DNA of 64,000 nucleotides from the human T2T-CHM13v2.0 reference genome, Homo sapiens: NCBI RefSeq assembly GCF_009914755.1, contig NC_060934.1; one strand, 5' to 3'. Shown piece by piece: positions 40,392 to 54,442 of this stretch (position 1 is its first letter; each line of letters starts with the position of its first letter). The notes under the pieces were generated by a model. It saw only the letters and a program-made list of their open reading frames with translations, ran no database searches and was not told where the DNA came from. The position numbers and the translations under genes were made by a program.

Positions 40392-40864
40392 CTAGAAACA
40401 AGTCCAATCTTTTTGAAAATGTGCCCAAATAGTTTCTCATCAGAAATCCTGTGGTATTTCCTACTCTTCATGATTTCTCAAATATTTTGACTGTGGCTGT
40501 AAGATCTGCAAGTTCTTTCAGCTGTGTGTCTAGGAGATTTTTCCACCTTGGCCTAGGGACCTAAGCAAATTGCATGCACAGAAGATTTTTATCTAGCATG
40601 AGGTTACATTCTCAAGTCAGCATAGGAAGGTAAAATTCACATAGCATCAGGATTTTCCTTGAACATCCCTAGCATCACAACAGATTACTGATTCTGTAGT
40701 TGTGTGTCTGAGGAATTGGTTTGTTTGTATTAGCAGCCCTGTGGTATGAAAAATATGGATCTCTGAACACCTGAATCACTCTTAGCCTGGTTAGGTGCTT
40801 TTCCTAGAGGAAGTATTTATTTAGGAACTGAGGCTGACTGAGAGAACAGCAATTTTATATCCCC

Positions 40865-41110
40865 TAGGATAGCCAAGTAGTTTTGAGCGTGGGTGCTGGA
40901 GCCAAACTATCTAATTTTGAATCCTGGCTCTAACATTTACTTACTTGCTGTATGACTACAGGCAAGATATTCAACTTATCTATGCATCAGTTTTTTCATC
41001 TGTAAAGCAGAATAATAATAGTACCTGCCTCATAGGAATAGATTGAGGACTAAGTTTACTAATGTATATGAGGTCTCTAGACTAGCACCGGGCACATAGT
41101 ATTTCTATGC
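40865..41110 (+). mobile_element. MIR
   Basis: ttgaatcctggctct...cagttttttcatctgtaaag...gtacctgcctcatagg. Confidence 0.8.
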
Positions 41111-42093
41111 TTTCTAATCAACATGAGCAATTATTTTATTATCTCCCATCTCATGTTCATACTGGGGCATACGTTCAATGGATGGAAGGCAGGCAGCATA
41201 TAGTAGATTGTTTAGATTGTGATTTCTCCCTTATTCTTTTTCTATCTGTTTCTCTCTTTCCCCAAATGCCAATAGTTGAATTTGTATGATGTGAGCTCTC
41301 TGTAAATTGCTTAGGTGCTTTCCCTTTGCTGGAATTCTAGGCACTCTTCTATTGATTATCATACAATTTCTCATTTGAACACCTTTGTAAAGACTGGGGA
41401 AAGTGAGTAGAAAACCAGATGTGAAATAGTTTGACCTCTTTGTCTGTCATACACACACATTTCCACACTTTCTACAAACAATGGGTTTAGCCTTTTCTTA
41501 ATGTTCTCCTCCAAACATAATGATTGAGTCCCTTTGGTTGCTTTTAGCTTTCTCTGGAGCACTGGCTCATCCTCTGGCTTCAACTTTTTGGATACTTTTC
41601 TTATAAATTCATCCTCTTCCCTTTCTTTGAGCACTGAGAAAGCAAAAAAGCCAGGAAGAAAGACAACAATGCAGAAAATGCATAAAAAATAGCCAGCCAG
41701 TTTTTTTTTTTTTTTTTAATGTGAAGAATAGAAAAGAGAGAGGCCTGAGGAGTTGGCATGAGCAGAAAGGAACGTTTGCTGTTATATATGGTGGCAGAAG
41801 CTGCTGTTCTACTGAGGTGACGGACTCCCCGAGGTCAGAGCTGCAGGAGACACACAGGGCTCTAGGAGCAGCCAGCTTGGCATGCAAGTTTTGACCACAT
41901 TTGGAAAGTTCAATTATTACTGGTATTAGTTTTCCTACTAAGCCCTGGGACAGAATCCCTTGTTCCTGAGCTGTTATTGAGAATAGTGAGGGAAGTGTTA
42001 TTTAAGGGTTCAGTAAGTGCCAGATATTATTAACATCATCCTTTAGCCACCCCCCATACCTTATCTGATTGTTTCTTACCCTGATCTGCCTCT

Positions 42094-42623
42094 ACCATTC
42101 TCCTGATTGAAAACAGAATTGTCATTGCAATTTTTAAAATCTAATTGATAACCGGGCATGGTGGTGCAGTGTCCCAGGTAGTCGGGAAGCTGCAGTGAGC
42201 CATAATCATGCCACTGCACTCTAGCATGGGTAACAGCAAGACCTTGAAAAAGAAAGAAAGAGAGAGAGAGAGATAGAGAAAGAAAGAAAGAAAGAAAGAC
42301 AAAGAGAGAAAGAAAGAGAGTGAAAGAGAAGAAAGAGGAAGAAAGAGGGAAAGAAATAGAGAAAGAGAGTGAAAGAGAAGAAAGAAAGAAAGAGAGACAG
42401 AAAGAAAGAAAGAGAGAGAAAGAAATCTAGTTGTCCAACTTACCCTGATCTGTCCCTTAGGAGCAAAACTTCATGTAATTTATATCTCCCCCTTTTCCGT
42501 GTTAGCTAGTTTACCAAACCATTTCCCATCCATTATATGACTTAATATTCATGATTACCCAATGAGGTAGGTGGTCTTGGTGGGTCTCCATTTTACAGAT
42601 GAGGAAACTGAGTTTTAGTGAAT
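42094..42623 (+). repeat. Local duplication copy A, interrupted by an Alu monomer plus GA tail; paralog at 55532-55772
   Basis: accctgatctgtcccttaggagcaaaact...gatgaggaaactgagttttagtgaat shared with the paralog. Confidence 0.92.
42150..42422 (+). mobile_element. Deleted Alu monomer (FAM/FRAM-like) with long (GAAA/GA)n tail
   Basis: TSD aaatctaattg / aaatctagttg. Confidence 0.8.
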
Positions 42624-42802
42624 AATTTATTCATTAGTTCATTCATTCAACAAATATTTACTGAGCACTTCTATTCCAGGCATGATGCAAAACATTGAAG
42701 ATAAAAAGATGAAGTACACATAGTCCCCTCCCGTAAGTAGCTCCTATCTAGTGAGAAAAAGAGGCACAAACAGATACCTCTCGTACAGCAGGGTAAGTCC
42801 AA

Positions 42803-43160
42803 TGTCTTAGGTTGGGTGCCCCAGAAACAGTCCTAGACAGTGATCCCAAGAAGTACCAGTAGAGGAGTGAGAAGCTGAGACAAGCAAGGAAAGGAAATGA
42901 GTACAGGGTATGTTAATGAACAGGGTCCTGCTGTGGGCAACTGGGCTCAGTCCCACTGGGAATCTCTCAGAGAGTGTAGAAGCTGTGTCAGTGATGTCCC
43001 ATCTGAGGGTGAGAATCTAGGGTATTTTCCCATTAATCTCTACCTTCTGACCTGGCCTGACCTCTGGTCAAGTACATGCTTGGCCATCAGCAGCAGAGCG
43101 TCATAGGTGAGAAGAAAATGATGGTGCCAAGAGAATGTGGGCAGAGCACTGATCATGTCT
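42803..43160 (-). mobile_element. ERVL-class LTR (LTR16/LTR33-like)
   Basis: tgtcttaggttgggtgccccagaaacag...gtgggcaactgggctcagtcccactggg. Confidence 0.5.
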
Positions 43161-44164
43161 GTTATGTGCACTTATAGACACAAGCACAGACCATTACAGA
43201 AGCCCTGAAGAGGAGTTCCCAGCTCAAACTGGCTGGGTCCAAGAAGTCTTCCTGGAAGAAGTGATGGAGGAACAGTATTCTAAGGGAATGCCTTACTCCA
43301 GAGTTGTTCAGTGAGGGCATGTGCAGAGAGGCCCTGATGTCTGGCCACACTAAAGATTTTAGATTGAGAGTTCTGGCTCAGGTTAAGAAAATATCTACTT
43401 ATCACCGTATCCAGGGAAATTGAGAGGTTAAGAACAGGACAAGAACTCATACGGCTAACAGATCCTCAGAGTGCTGTCCTCTCCAAAATTGAGGGATAAG
43501 AGTGAGAGAGAGAAAGAGAGAGCAGCAAGGAGTGAGCTTGTGTCTGCTTTTTGTAAAGAAACACAAGGAAGGACTTTTCTGGGTTTCCCCAAGACTCACC
43601 CCAGGCTTCTGTCTATTTATGGATTAGGTGGTTCCTCAGAACATCCTTCCTTCCAGAGCTGCCATCCGGAGCCCTGCCCAGCCCCCAGATACTCGCTGTG
43701 CTCACTCCTTCATAAGCACCACCTCCCAATTAGACCAAGGATGTGGCAATCGGGCTGCCCAGAATTACTCTCCCCACCTTCAGCTTGCCCTGAGCAGAGT
43801 TCAGATTGCACATTTCCCGACACTGAGAGAGACCCATTAATATTTAGCATTTTACATTTCCAAAGCACTTTGCTAACATGAATTGATCTTTTCGGCACCC
43901 CTTGTGAGGCAGCTCAGTACTGCCAGCCCTACTGGGGACATAAAGCTTTGAGAAGATAAGCTACTTAGGCTAGGGCCATGGCTGGTGAGCAATGGATCCA
44001 GATGAGAACCAAAGGTCGATGACACCAGTTGTCTGAGCCTCCCGGCAGAACTCCACCATGGCCACAACACCCTCTCCCTGCTCAGGATGTCTTGGAGCGA
44101 ATCCAGCCCTCTGAAGGTTTAAAAAGAATGGGCTTGTCATCCTTCAGATTGGACCGTTCACAAG

Positions 44165-44400
44165 CCAGCTACTGCTTACGGAGTGCTTACGATGTGCCAG
44201 GAGCTGAACACTTCACATAGATTGTATCATTTAATTCTCACAACCCTTGCCCACTTTCTATGGTGTCACTACTATTATTTTAGGCAACAGAAAACTAAGG
44301 CACAGAAAGATTAAGTAACTTGCTTAAAGTTACACAGCTAGTAAGAAGTAGAGCTAGGATTTAAACCTGGGCTATTCAGCTTCAGAGATTTTAACTATTC
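44165..44400 (-). mobile_element. MIR
   Basis: gaaaactaaggcacagaaagattaagtaacttgcttaaagttacacagctagtaag. Confidence 0.85.
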
Positions 44401-45146
44401 TGAACCAGCCTAAAGCTGGGTAGAGGAACCAAGTTAAGTGAAATTGCTCTTCGTGAAGTTCTGCCTACTCCCAGGCAATTCATCACATGCTTTGCAAAAT
44501 TATTTCTAGAGGTAGAGGAATTAGGTGTAGGGAGAAGCTGTCTGCAAAAGTGATCTTGAGGAACGAGAGTGTTAACTAAAGTTGTTGATTACTTGATATT
44601 TCTTTTGGCTCACAATTCCCAGGCCTCCCTGAAAGGACAGAGAGAGGACCAGTCCATCCAACAAACAAGCACAAGGCCTCTGTGCCATGCATTGTGTTTA
44701 GCGATGATGCTGGCTTTGGTGGGGTACAGACACACATACATAATTGTGATCTGGTGGGGAGCACTATAACAATGATGATGAGAGCTCATTGGGAAGGCAA
44801 GTGGAGGGAGGAGGCAGAAGTTACTTGTTAGTCCAAGGAAGTTGGAAAAGTTTTGTAGAGATGACGTGAGTTGGATCCTGATGGAGGTGGAGGAAGGAGA
44901 GAAAGGAACAACACGTGCAAAGGAAGCAAGGTGTAAAATAATGCAGCTTGGAGAGCAGAAAAAATTCTTTCTGCCTGGAGCTGTCCTTCTTGCTTTCTTG
45001 AGATAAGTGGGTCAATTTGGGGCCCCATAACCCTAGATGACAGATTGGGTTACCAATTTTAAGGTGTCCTGAGGATGTAACTCTGTGACATGTCTAGCCA
45101 AATTCTCATCTCGGTATACCATTGTTAGATAGAAAGGATAATTATA

Positions 45147-45274
45147 GCCAGGTGAGGTGGTGTGTGCCTGTCGCCCCAGCTACTCAGGAGGCTGAGGCAG
45201 GAGGATCACTTGAGGCAGGAGATCCAGACAAGCCTGGGCAACATAGGGAGACCCCCTCTCAAGAAAAAAGAAAA
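45147..45274 (+). mobile_element. Alu monomer
   Basis: Single 7SL-derived monomer; TSD gaaaggataatt / aaaaggataatt. Confidence 0.8.
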
Positions 45275-45406
45275 GGATAATTGTGGAACAAATATTTAGC
45301 AAGTTTCTACTACACTCTTTCTTCTGTGCCTCTGGGGGATTGGTTCCAGGACTCCTGCGGATCCCAAAATCCATGGATGCTCCAGTCCCTTATATAAAAT
45401 GGCATG

Positions 45407-45703
<297 letters not shown>

Positions 45704-45799
45704 AGATGGTACAGTATTTGCATATAACCTACACACATTTTCTTGTACACTTTATTTCTATGTATGTATTTATATATTTATGTATTTATTTTTATTTTA

Positions 45800-46096
45800 T
45801 GTATTTATTTATTTTAGATGGAGTATTGCTGTGTCACCCAGGCTAGAATGCAGTGGCACGATCCCAGCTAACTGCAACCTCTGCCTCCTGGGTTCAAGTG
45901 ATTCTCCTGCCTCAGCCTCCTGAGTAGTTGGGACTTCAGGTGAACGCCACCAAGCCTGGCTAATTTTTCTATTTTTTGGTGGAAACAGGGTTTTGCCATG
46001 TTGCCCAGGCTGGTCTCAAACTCCTGACCTCAAGTGATCCACCAGCCTCGGCCTCCCAGAGTGCTGGATTACAGGTGTGAGCCACTGTGCCCGGCC
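45800..46096 (-). mobile_element. AluS in the L1 tail
   Basis: Full antisense dimer. Confidence 0.92.
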
Positions 46097-46481
46097 TTAT
46101 GTATTTATTTTCAATTTAATAGGTTTTTGGGGAACAGGTGATATTTGGTTACATGAATAAGTTCTTTAGTGGTAATTTCTGAGATTTTGGTGCACCCATT
46201 ATCTGAGCAGTATGCACTGTACCCAATGTGTAGTCTTTTATCTCTTGCCACACCCCACCCTTGCCCCAGAGTCCCCAAAGTCCAATGTATCATCCTTTGC
46301 ATCCTCATAGCTTAGCTAGCTCCCATATATGAGTGAAAACATATGATGTTTGGTTTTCCATTCCTGAGTTATTTCACTTAGAATAATAGTTTTCAATTCC
46401 ATCCAGGTTGCTGGAAATGCCATTATTTCATTCCTTTTTATGGCTGAGTAGTATTCCATAGTATATATACACCAGGATTTC

Positions 46482-46735
46482 TTTTTTTTTATTTTATTAT
46501 TATTATACTTTAAGTTTTAGGGTACATGTGCACAACGTGCAGGTTTGTTACATATGTATACATGTGCCATGTTGGTGTGCTGCACCCATTACCTCGTCAT
46601 TTAGCATTAGGTATATCTCCTAATGCTATCCCTCCCCGCTCCCCTGACCCCACAACAGTCCCCGGTATGTGATGTTTCCCTTCCTGTGTCCATGTGTTCT
46701 CATTGTTCAATTCCCACCTATGAGTGAGAACATGC
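46482..46735 (-). mobile_element. Younger L1PA 3' fragment nested in L1PB
   Basis: ttatactttaagttttagggtacatgtgcacaacgtgcagg; TSD tacaccaggatttc / tacaccacgatctc. Confidence 0.9.
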
Positions 46736-48261
46736 CTACACCACGATCTCTTTATCTACTCGTTGATTGATGGGCATTTGGGCTGCTTCCATATTTTTGC
46801 AGTTGCAAATTGTGCTGCTATAAACATGCATGTGCAAGTGTCTTTTTCACGTGACTTCTTTTCCTCTGGGTAGATACCTAGCAGTGAGATTGCTGGATCA
46901 AACAATAGATCTCCATACTGTTTTCCCTAGTGGTTGTACTAGTTTACATTCTCACCAACAGTGTAAAAGTGTTCCCTTTTCACTGCATCTATGCCAACAT
47001 CTATTATTTTTTTAATTACGACCATTCTTACAGGAGTGAGGTGGTATCACATTGGGGTTTTGATTTGTATTTCCCTGATCATTAGTGATGTTGAGCATTT
47101 TTCCATATGCTTATTGGCCATTTGTATATCTTCTTTTGCAAATTGTATATTCATGTCCTTAGCCCACTTTTGGATGGGACTGTTTGTTTTTCTTGCTGAT
47201 TTATTTGTGGATCCTGAATATTAGTCCTTGGATGGATGTATAGATTGTGAAGATTTTCTCCCACTCTGTGGGTTGTCTGTTAACTCTGCTGATTATTTCA
47301 TTTTCTGGACAGAAGCTTTTTAGTTATGTCTCATCTGTTTATCTTTGTTTTTGTTGCATTTGCTTTTGGGTTCTTAGTCACGAAGCCTTTGCCTAAGCCA
47401 ACGTCTAGAGGGCTTTTCCAATGTTATCTTCTAGAATTTTTATGGTTTCAGGTCTTAGATTTAAGTATTTGACCCATTTTGAGTTGATTTTTGTATAAGG
47501 TGAGAGATGAGGATCTAGTTTCATTCTTCTACGTGTGGCTTGCCAATTATCCCAGCACCATTTGTTGAATAGGGTGTCATTTCCCCACTTTGTTTTTGTT
47601 TGCTTTGTCGAAAATCAGTTGGCTGCAAGTATTTAGCTTTATTTCTGGGTTCCCTATTCTGTTCCATTGGTCTATGTGCCTATTTTTATACCAGTACCAT
47701 GCTGTTTGGGTGACTATGGCCTTATAGTATAGTTTGAAGTTGGGTAATGTGATGCTTCCAGATTTGTTCTTTTTCTTAGTCTTGCTTTGGCTATGCAGGC
47801 TCCTTTTTTGGTTCTGTATGAATTTTAGGATTGTTTTTTCTAGTTCTGTGAAGAATGATGGTGGTATTTTGATGGGAATTGCATTGAATTTGTATATTGC
47901 ATTTAACAGTATGGTCATTTTCACAATATTGATTCTACCCATCCATGAGCATGGGATGTGTTTTCATTTGTTTGTGTCATCTATGATTTCTTTCAGCAGT
48001 GTTTTGTAGCTTTCCTTGCAGAGGTCTTTCAAGTCCTTGGTTAGGTATATTCCTAAGTATTTTTTTTTTTTTTTGCAGCTACTGTAAAAGGAGTTGAGTT
48101 ATTGATTTGATTATCAGCTTGGTTGCTGTTGGTATATAGCAGAGCTACTGTTTTGTGTACATTAATTTTGTATCCTGAAACTTTGCTGAATTCATTTACC
48201 AGTTCTAGGAGTTTTCTGGATGAGTCTTCAGGGTTTTCCAGGTATATGATCATATCATCGG

Positions 48262-48618
48262 TGATATGGTTTGGCTGTGTCCCCACCCAAATCTCACCTT
48301 GAATGGTAATAATCCGCATGTGTCAAGGGCGGGGCCAGGTGGAGATAATTGAATCATGGGGTTGGTTCCCCCATACTGTTCTGTTAGTAGTGAATAGGTC
48401 TCACAAGATCTGATGGTTTTGTAAATGGGAGTTCCCCCGAACAAGCTCTCTCTTGCCTGCTGCCATGTAAGACATGACTTGGCACCTCATTTGCCTTCCA
48501 TCATGTTCGTGAGGCCTCCCCAGCCATGTGGAACTGTGAGTCAGTTAAACCCCTTTCCTTTATAAATTACTTAGTCTCAGGTGTGTCTTTATTAGCAGCA
48601 TGAGAACAGACTAATACA
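48262..48618 (+). mobile_element. THE1 solo LTR nested in L1 ORF2
   Basis: tgatatggtttggctgtgtcccc...gaacagactaataca; 5-bp TSD atcgg/atcag. Confidence 0.92.
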
Positions 48619-51600
48619 ATCAGCAAACAGTGACAGTTTGACTTCATGTTTACTGATTTGGATGCACTTTATTTCTTTCTCTTGTCTGATTTCTCTAGCT
48701 AGGACTTCTAGTACTATGTTGAACAGAAGTGGTGAAAGTCGGCATCCTTCTCTTTTTCAATTCTCAGGGAAAATGCTTTCAACATTTCCTTGTTCAGTAT
48801 ATTGTTGGCTCTGTGTTTGCCATAGATGGCTTTTATTACCTTAAAGTATATCCCTTCTATGACAATTTGCTGAGGATTTTGATCAAAAAAGATGCTGAAT
48901 TTTGTCAAATGCTTTTTCTGCATCTATTGAGATGATCATGTGATTTTTGTTTTTAATTTTGTTTATGTGGTGTATCACATTTATTGGCTTACATATGTTA
49001 AACCATCCCTGCATCCCTGGTATGAAACCCACTTGATCATTGTGGATTATCTTTTTGATATGCTGTTGGATATCGTTCTCTAGTATTTTGTTGAGGATTT
49101 TTACATCTATGTTCATGAGAGTTATGGCTCTGTAGTTTTCTTTTTTTTTTGTTATGTCCTTCCCTGGTTTTGGTATCAGGGCGATACTGGCTTCATAGAA
49201 TGATTTAGAAAAGGATCCCCTCTTTATCTTATGGAATAGTGTCAATAGGAATGGTACCAATTCTTCTCTGAATGTCTGATAGAATTCAGCTGTGAATCCA
49301 TCTGGTCCTGGACTTTTTTTTTTGGCAATTTAAAAATTACCTTTTCAATCTCGCTGCTTGTTATTGGTCTGTTCAGAGATTCTATATCTTCCTGGCTTAA
49401 TCTAGGAGGGTTGTATATTTGCGGGAATTTATTCGTCTCCTCTAGGTTTTCTAGTTTATGCATGTAAAGGTATTTATAGTAGCCTTGAATAATCTTTTGT
49501 TTGTTTGTGGTATCAGTTGTAATGTTTCCCATTTCATTTCTAATTGAGCTTATTTGGCTCTTCTCTCTTCTTTTCTTGGTTAATCTTGCTAATGGTCTAT
49601 CAATTTTATTTATCTTTTTAAAGAATTAGCTTTTTGTTTCATTTATCTTTTGAGTTTTTGTTTGTTTTTTGTTTCAATTTTATTTAGTTCTGCTCTGGTC
49701 TTATTTCTTTTCTTCTGCTGGGTATGGGTTTGAATTGTTCTTGTTTCTCCATTTCTGTGAGGTGCGACCTTAGATTATCTATTTGCACTCTTTCAGACTT
49801 TTTGATGTAGGCATTTAATGCTACGAACTTTCCTCTTAGCACTGCTTTTGCTGTATCCCAGAGGTTTTGATAGGTTGTGTCACTGTTATTGTTCATTCAA
49901 AAAACTTTTAAATTTCCATCTTAATTTCATTGTTGACCCAGTGATCATTCAGGAGCAGGTTGCTTAATTTCCATGTATTTGCATGGTTTTGAGGCTTCCT
50001 TTTGGAGTTGACTTCCAATTTTATTCCACTGTGGCCTGAGAAAGTACTTGATATAATTTTGATTTTCTTAAATTTACTGAGACTTGTTTTGTGGCCTATC
50101 ATATGGTCTATCTTGGAGAATGTTCCATATGCTGATAAATAGAATGTATATTCTGCAGTTGTTGGGTAGAACGTTCTGTAAATATCTGTTAAGTCCATTT
50201 GTTCTAGGGTATAGTTTAAGTCCATTGTTTATTTGTTAATTTTCTGTCTTGATGACTTGTCTAGTGCTGTCAGTGGAGTATTAAAGTCTCTCACTATTAT
50301 TATGTTGCCATCTACCTCATTTCTTAGGTCTAGTAGTAATTGTTGTATAAATCTGGGAGCTCTAGTGTTAGGTGCATATGTACTTAGAATTGTGACATTT
50401 TCCTGTTGGACTAGTCCTTTTATCATTATATATTGTTCCTTTTTGTCTTTTTTAAGTGCTGTTGCCTTAAAGTTTTGTCTGATATGAGAATAGCTACTCC
50501 TGCTCACTTTTGGTGTCCATTTGCATGGAATATCTTTTTCCACACCTTTACCTTAAATTTATGTGAGTTCTTATGTGTTAGGTGAGTCTCCTGAAGACAG
50601 CAAAAACTTGATTAGTTAACTCTTATCCATTCGGCTATTCTGTTTTTTTTTTAAGTGGAGCATTTAGGCCATTTACATTCAACATTAGTATTGAGATGTG
50701 AGGTATTATTCTATTCATTGTGCCTGAATACCTTGTGTGTGTGTTTTTTTTTTTTTCATCATGTTATTGTTACATAGGTCCGGTGAGATGTATACTTTAA
50801 GAAGGTTCTATTTTGGTGTATTTTCAGCATTTGTTTCAAGATTTAGAGCTCCTTTTAGCAGTTCTTGTAGTGCTGGCTTGGTAGTGGCAAATTCTCTCAG
50901 CATTTGTTTGTCTGGAAAAGATTGTATCTTTCCTTCATTTTTAAGCTTAGTTTTGCTGGATACAAAATTTTTGGCTGACAATTGTTTTGTTAAGGAGGCT
51001 AAAATAGGAACCCAATCCCTTCTAGCTCGTAGGGTTTCTGCTGAGAAGTCTTCTGTAATCTAATAGGTTTTTCCTTTATAGGCTACCTGATGCTTTTCAC
51101 CTCACAGCTCTTAAGTTTCTTTCTTTCATCTTGACTTTAGATAACCTGATGACTATGTCCCTAGGCAATGATCCTTTTGCAATGAATTCCCCAGGTGTTC
51201 TTTGAGCTTCTTGGATTTGGATGTCTAGATCTCTAGCAAGTCTAGGAAATTTTTCCTCAATTATTCCCTCAAATATGTTTTCCAAACCTTTAGATTTCTC
51301 TTCTTCCTTGGGAAAACCAATTATTCTTAGGTTTGGATATTTAACATAGTCCCAAACTTCCTGGAGGCTTTGTTCAATTTTTTTTAAATTCTTTTTTATT
51401 TGTCTTTGATAGATTGGATTAATTCAAAAGTCTAATCTTAGAGCTCTGAAGTTCTTTCTTCTGTTTGTTTGATTCTATAGCTGAGACTTTCCAGTGCACT
51501 TTGCATTTCTCTAAGTGTGTCCTTGATTTCTGGAAGTTGTGATTGTTTTATATTTTTCTATCTATTTCACTGAAGAATTTTACTTTCATATCTTGTATTA

Positions 51601-52194
51601 TGTTTTTGATTTCTTTAAGTTGGACTTCACCTTTCTCTGGTGCCTCTTTGATTAGCTCAATAGCTTAATAATCATCCTTCTGAATTCTTTTTCTGGCAAT
51701 TCAGAGATTTCATCTTGGTTTGGATCCATTGTTGGTGAGCTGGTATGATCTTCGGGGTGGGGTGGGGGTAGTAAGAACCTTATTTTATCATCTTACTGGA
51801 ATTGTTTTTCTGGTTTCTTCTCATTTGGGTAGACTTTGTCAGAGGGAAGATCTGGGGTTCAAGGGCTGCTGTTCAGATTCTTTTGTCCTATGGGGTGCTC
51901 CCTTGATGTGGTATTCTTCCTCTTCCCCTAGGAATGGAGCTTTCTGAGAGCCAAACTGTAGTGATTATTTTTGTTCCTCTGGGCCTAACCACCCAGCAGA
52001 GCTACCAGGCTCTGGGCTGGTACCAGGGAGTGTCTGCAAAAAGTCTTGTGATGTAATTCATCTTCAGATCTTGCAGCCATGGATACCAGCACCTGCTGTG
52101 GTGGAGTTAGCAGGGGAGTCAAGTGGATTCTGTAAGGATCCTTGATTGTGTTTTTGTTTAGTGTGCTGGGTTTGTGTTCATTGGCCTCCAGCTA

Positions 52195-54442
52195 TCTACT
52201 AGTCTGTTCTCACGCTGCTAATAAAGACAAACCCAAGACTGGGTAATTTATAAAGGAAAGAGGTTTAACTGACTCATAGTTTCACATGGCTGGGGAGGCC
52301 TCACAATCATGGCAGAAGGCAAATGAGGAGCAATGTCATGTCTTACATGGTGGCAAGCAAGAGAGAGCTTTTACAGGGCAACTCCCATTTATAAAACCAT
52401 CAGATCTCATGAGATTTATTCACTACCACTAGAACAGTATGGGGAAAGTGCCCTCATGATTCAGTTATCTCCACCTGTTCCCACCCTTGACACATGGGGA
52501 TAATTATTACAATCCAAGGTGAGATTTGGGTGGGGACACAGCCAAACTATATCATTCCTTCCCAGGCCCCTCCCAAATCTAATGTCCCCACATTTCAAAA
52601 CGAATCATGCCTTCCCATCAGTCCCCCAAAGTCTTAACTCATTTCAGGATTAATTCAAAAGTCCACAGTCCAAAGTCTCATCTGAGACAAGGCAAGCCCC
52701 TTCCACCTATGAGCTTGTAAAGTTAAAAGCAAGTTAGTTACCTTCTAGATACAATGGGGGTACAGGCATTGGGTAAATACACCCATTCCAAATGGGAGAA
52801 ATTGGCCAAAATGAAGGGACTACAGCCACCATGCAAGTCCAAAATCTAACAGGGCAATCAAATCTTAAAGCTTCAAAATGATCTTCTTTGACTCCATGTC
52901 TCACATCCAGGTTATGCTGATGCAAGAGCTGGGTTCCCATGGTCTTGGGCAGCTCCATCCCTCTGGCTTTGCAGGGTATAGCCCCACTCTTGGCTGCTTT
53001 CATGGGCTGGCATTGAGGGTCTGCAGCTTTTCTAGGTGCACAGGGCAAGCTGCCAGTGGATCTACCATTCTGGGATCTGGAGGATGGTGACCATCTTCTC
53101 ACAGCTCCACTAGGCAGTGCCCCAGTGGGGACTCTGTGTGAGGGTCCCCACCCCACATTTCCCTTCTGTACCGCCCTAGCAGAGGGGTTCTCCATGAAGG
53201 CTCTGCCTCTGCAGCACACCTCTGCCTGGACATTCAGGCATTTCCATACATCCTCTGATGTCTAGATGGAGGTTCCCAAACCTCAATTCTTGACTTCTGT
53301 GCACCTGCAAGCTGAACATCACATGGAAGCTGCCAAGGCTTGGGGCTTGCACCCTCCGAAGCCATGGCCTGAGCTGTACCATGACCCCTTTTACCCACGG
53401 CTGGAGCAGCTGGGATGCAGGGCACCAAGTTTGTAGGCTGCACATCCTGAGCAGCCTACATGGGCCTGTCTCAAGAAACCATTTTTTCCTCTGAGACTTC
53501 CAGGCCTGTGATGGCAGGGGCTGCTGCTCAAAGGTCTCTGACATACCCTGGAGACATTTTCCCTATTGTCTTGGTGATTAACATTTGACTCCTTGTTATC
53601 TGCAGCAGGCTTGAATTTCTCCACAGAAAATGGGTTTTTCTTTTCTGCTGCATCATCAGACTGCAAATTTTCCAAACTTTTATGCTCTGTCACCTCTTGA
53701 ATGCTTTTCCGCTTAGAAATTTCTTCCACTAGATACCTGAAATCATCTCTCTGAAGTTCAAAGTTCCACAGATCTCTAGGGCAGGAGAAAATGTCACCAG
53801 TCTCTTTGCTAAAATGTAGCAGAGTAACCTTTATTCTGGTTCCCAACAAGTTCCTCAGCTCCATCTGAGACCACCTGAACCTGGACTTCATTATCCATAG
53901 CAGTATCAGCATTTTGGTCAAAGTCATTCAACAAGTCTCTAGGAAGTTCCAAACTTTCCCACATCTTCCTGTCCTCTTCTGAGCTCTCCAAACTGTTTCA
54001 ACTTGTTACCTAGTTCCAAAGTCACTTCTACATTTTTGGGTATCTTTACAGCAGCACCCCACTACCTGGTATCAATTTACTGTATTTGTCTGTTCTCACA
54101 CTGCTAATAAAGACATACCTGAGACTGGGTAATTTATAAAGGAAAGAGGTTTAATGGCCTGAACTTACAGTTCCACATGGCTGTGGAGGCCTCACAATCA
54201 TGGCGGAAGGCAAAGGAGAAGCAAAGTCACATCTTACATGGTGGCAGTCAAGAGAGAGCTTGTGCAGGGACCTCCCATTTATACAACCATTAGATCTCAT
54301 GAGGCTTATTCACCACCACCAGAACAGTACAGGGGAAATGGCCCCCATGATTGAATTATCTCCACCTGGCCCCACCCTTGACACGTGAGGATTATTACAA
54401 TTCAAGGTGAGATTTGGGTGGGGACACAGCCAAACTAAATCA
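52195..54442 (-). mobile_element. Full-length THE1 (LTR 52195-52554, internal region, LTR 54081-54442)
   Basis: Two ~360-bp LTRs around MaLR internal sequence (ESLELPRDLLNDFDQNAD); TSD agcta/aacca. Confidence 0.92.

Noticed and set aside
41371-41634. Exon-like ORF behind a good minus-strand splice acceptor
   Set aside because: The peptide matches the CR1 ORF2 linker, colinear with other CR1 pieces. Use as a lncRNA exon cannot be excluded but has no support here.
47577-51285. L1 ORF1/ORF2 fragments as active coding sequence
   Set aside because: Multiple stops, frameshifts and nested insertions.
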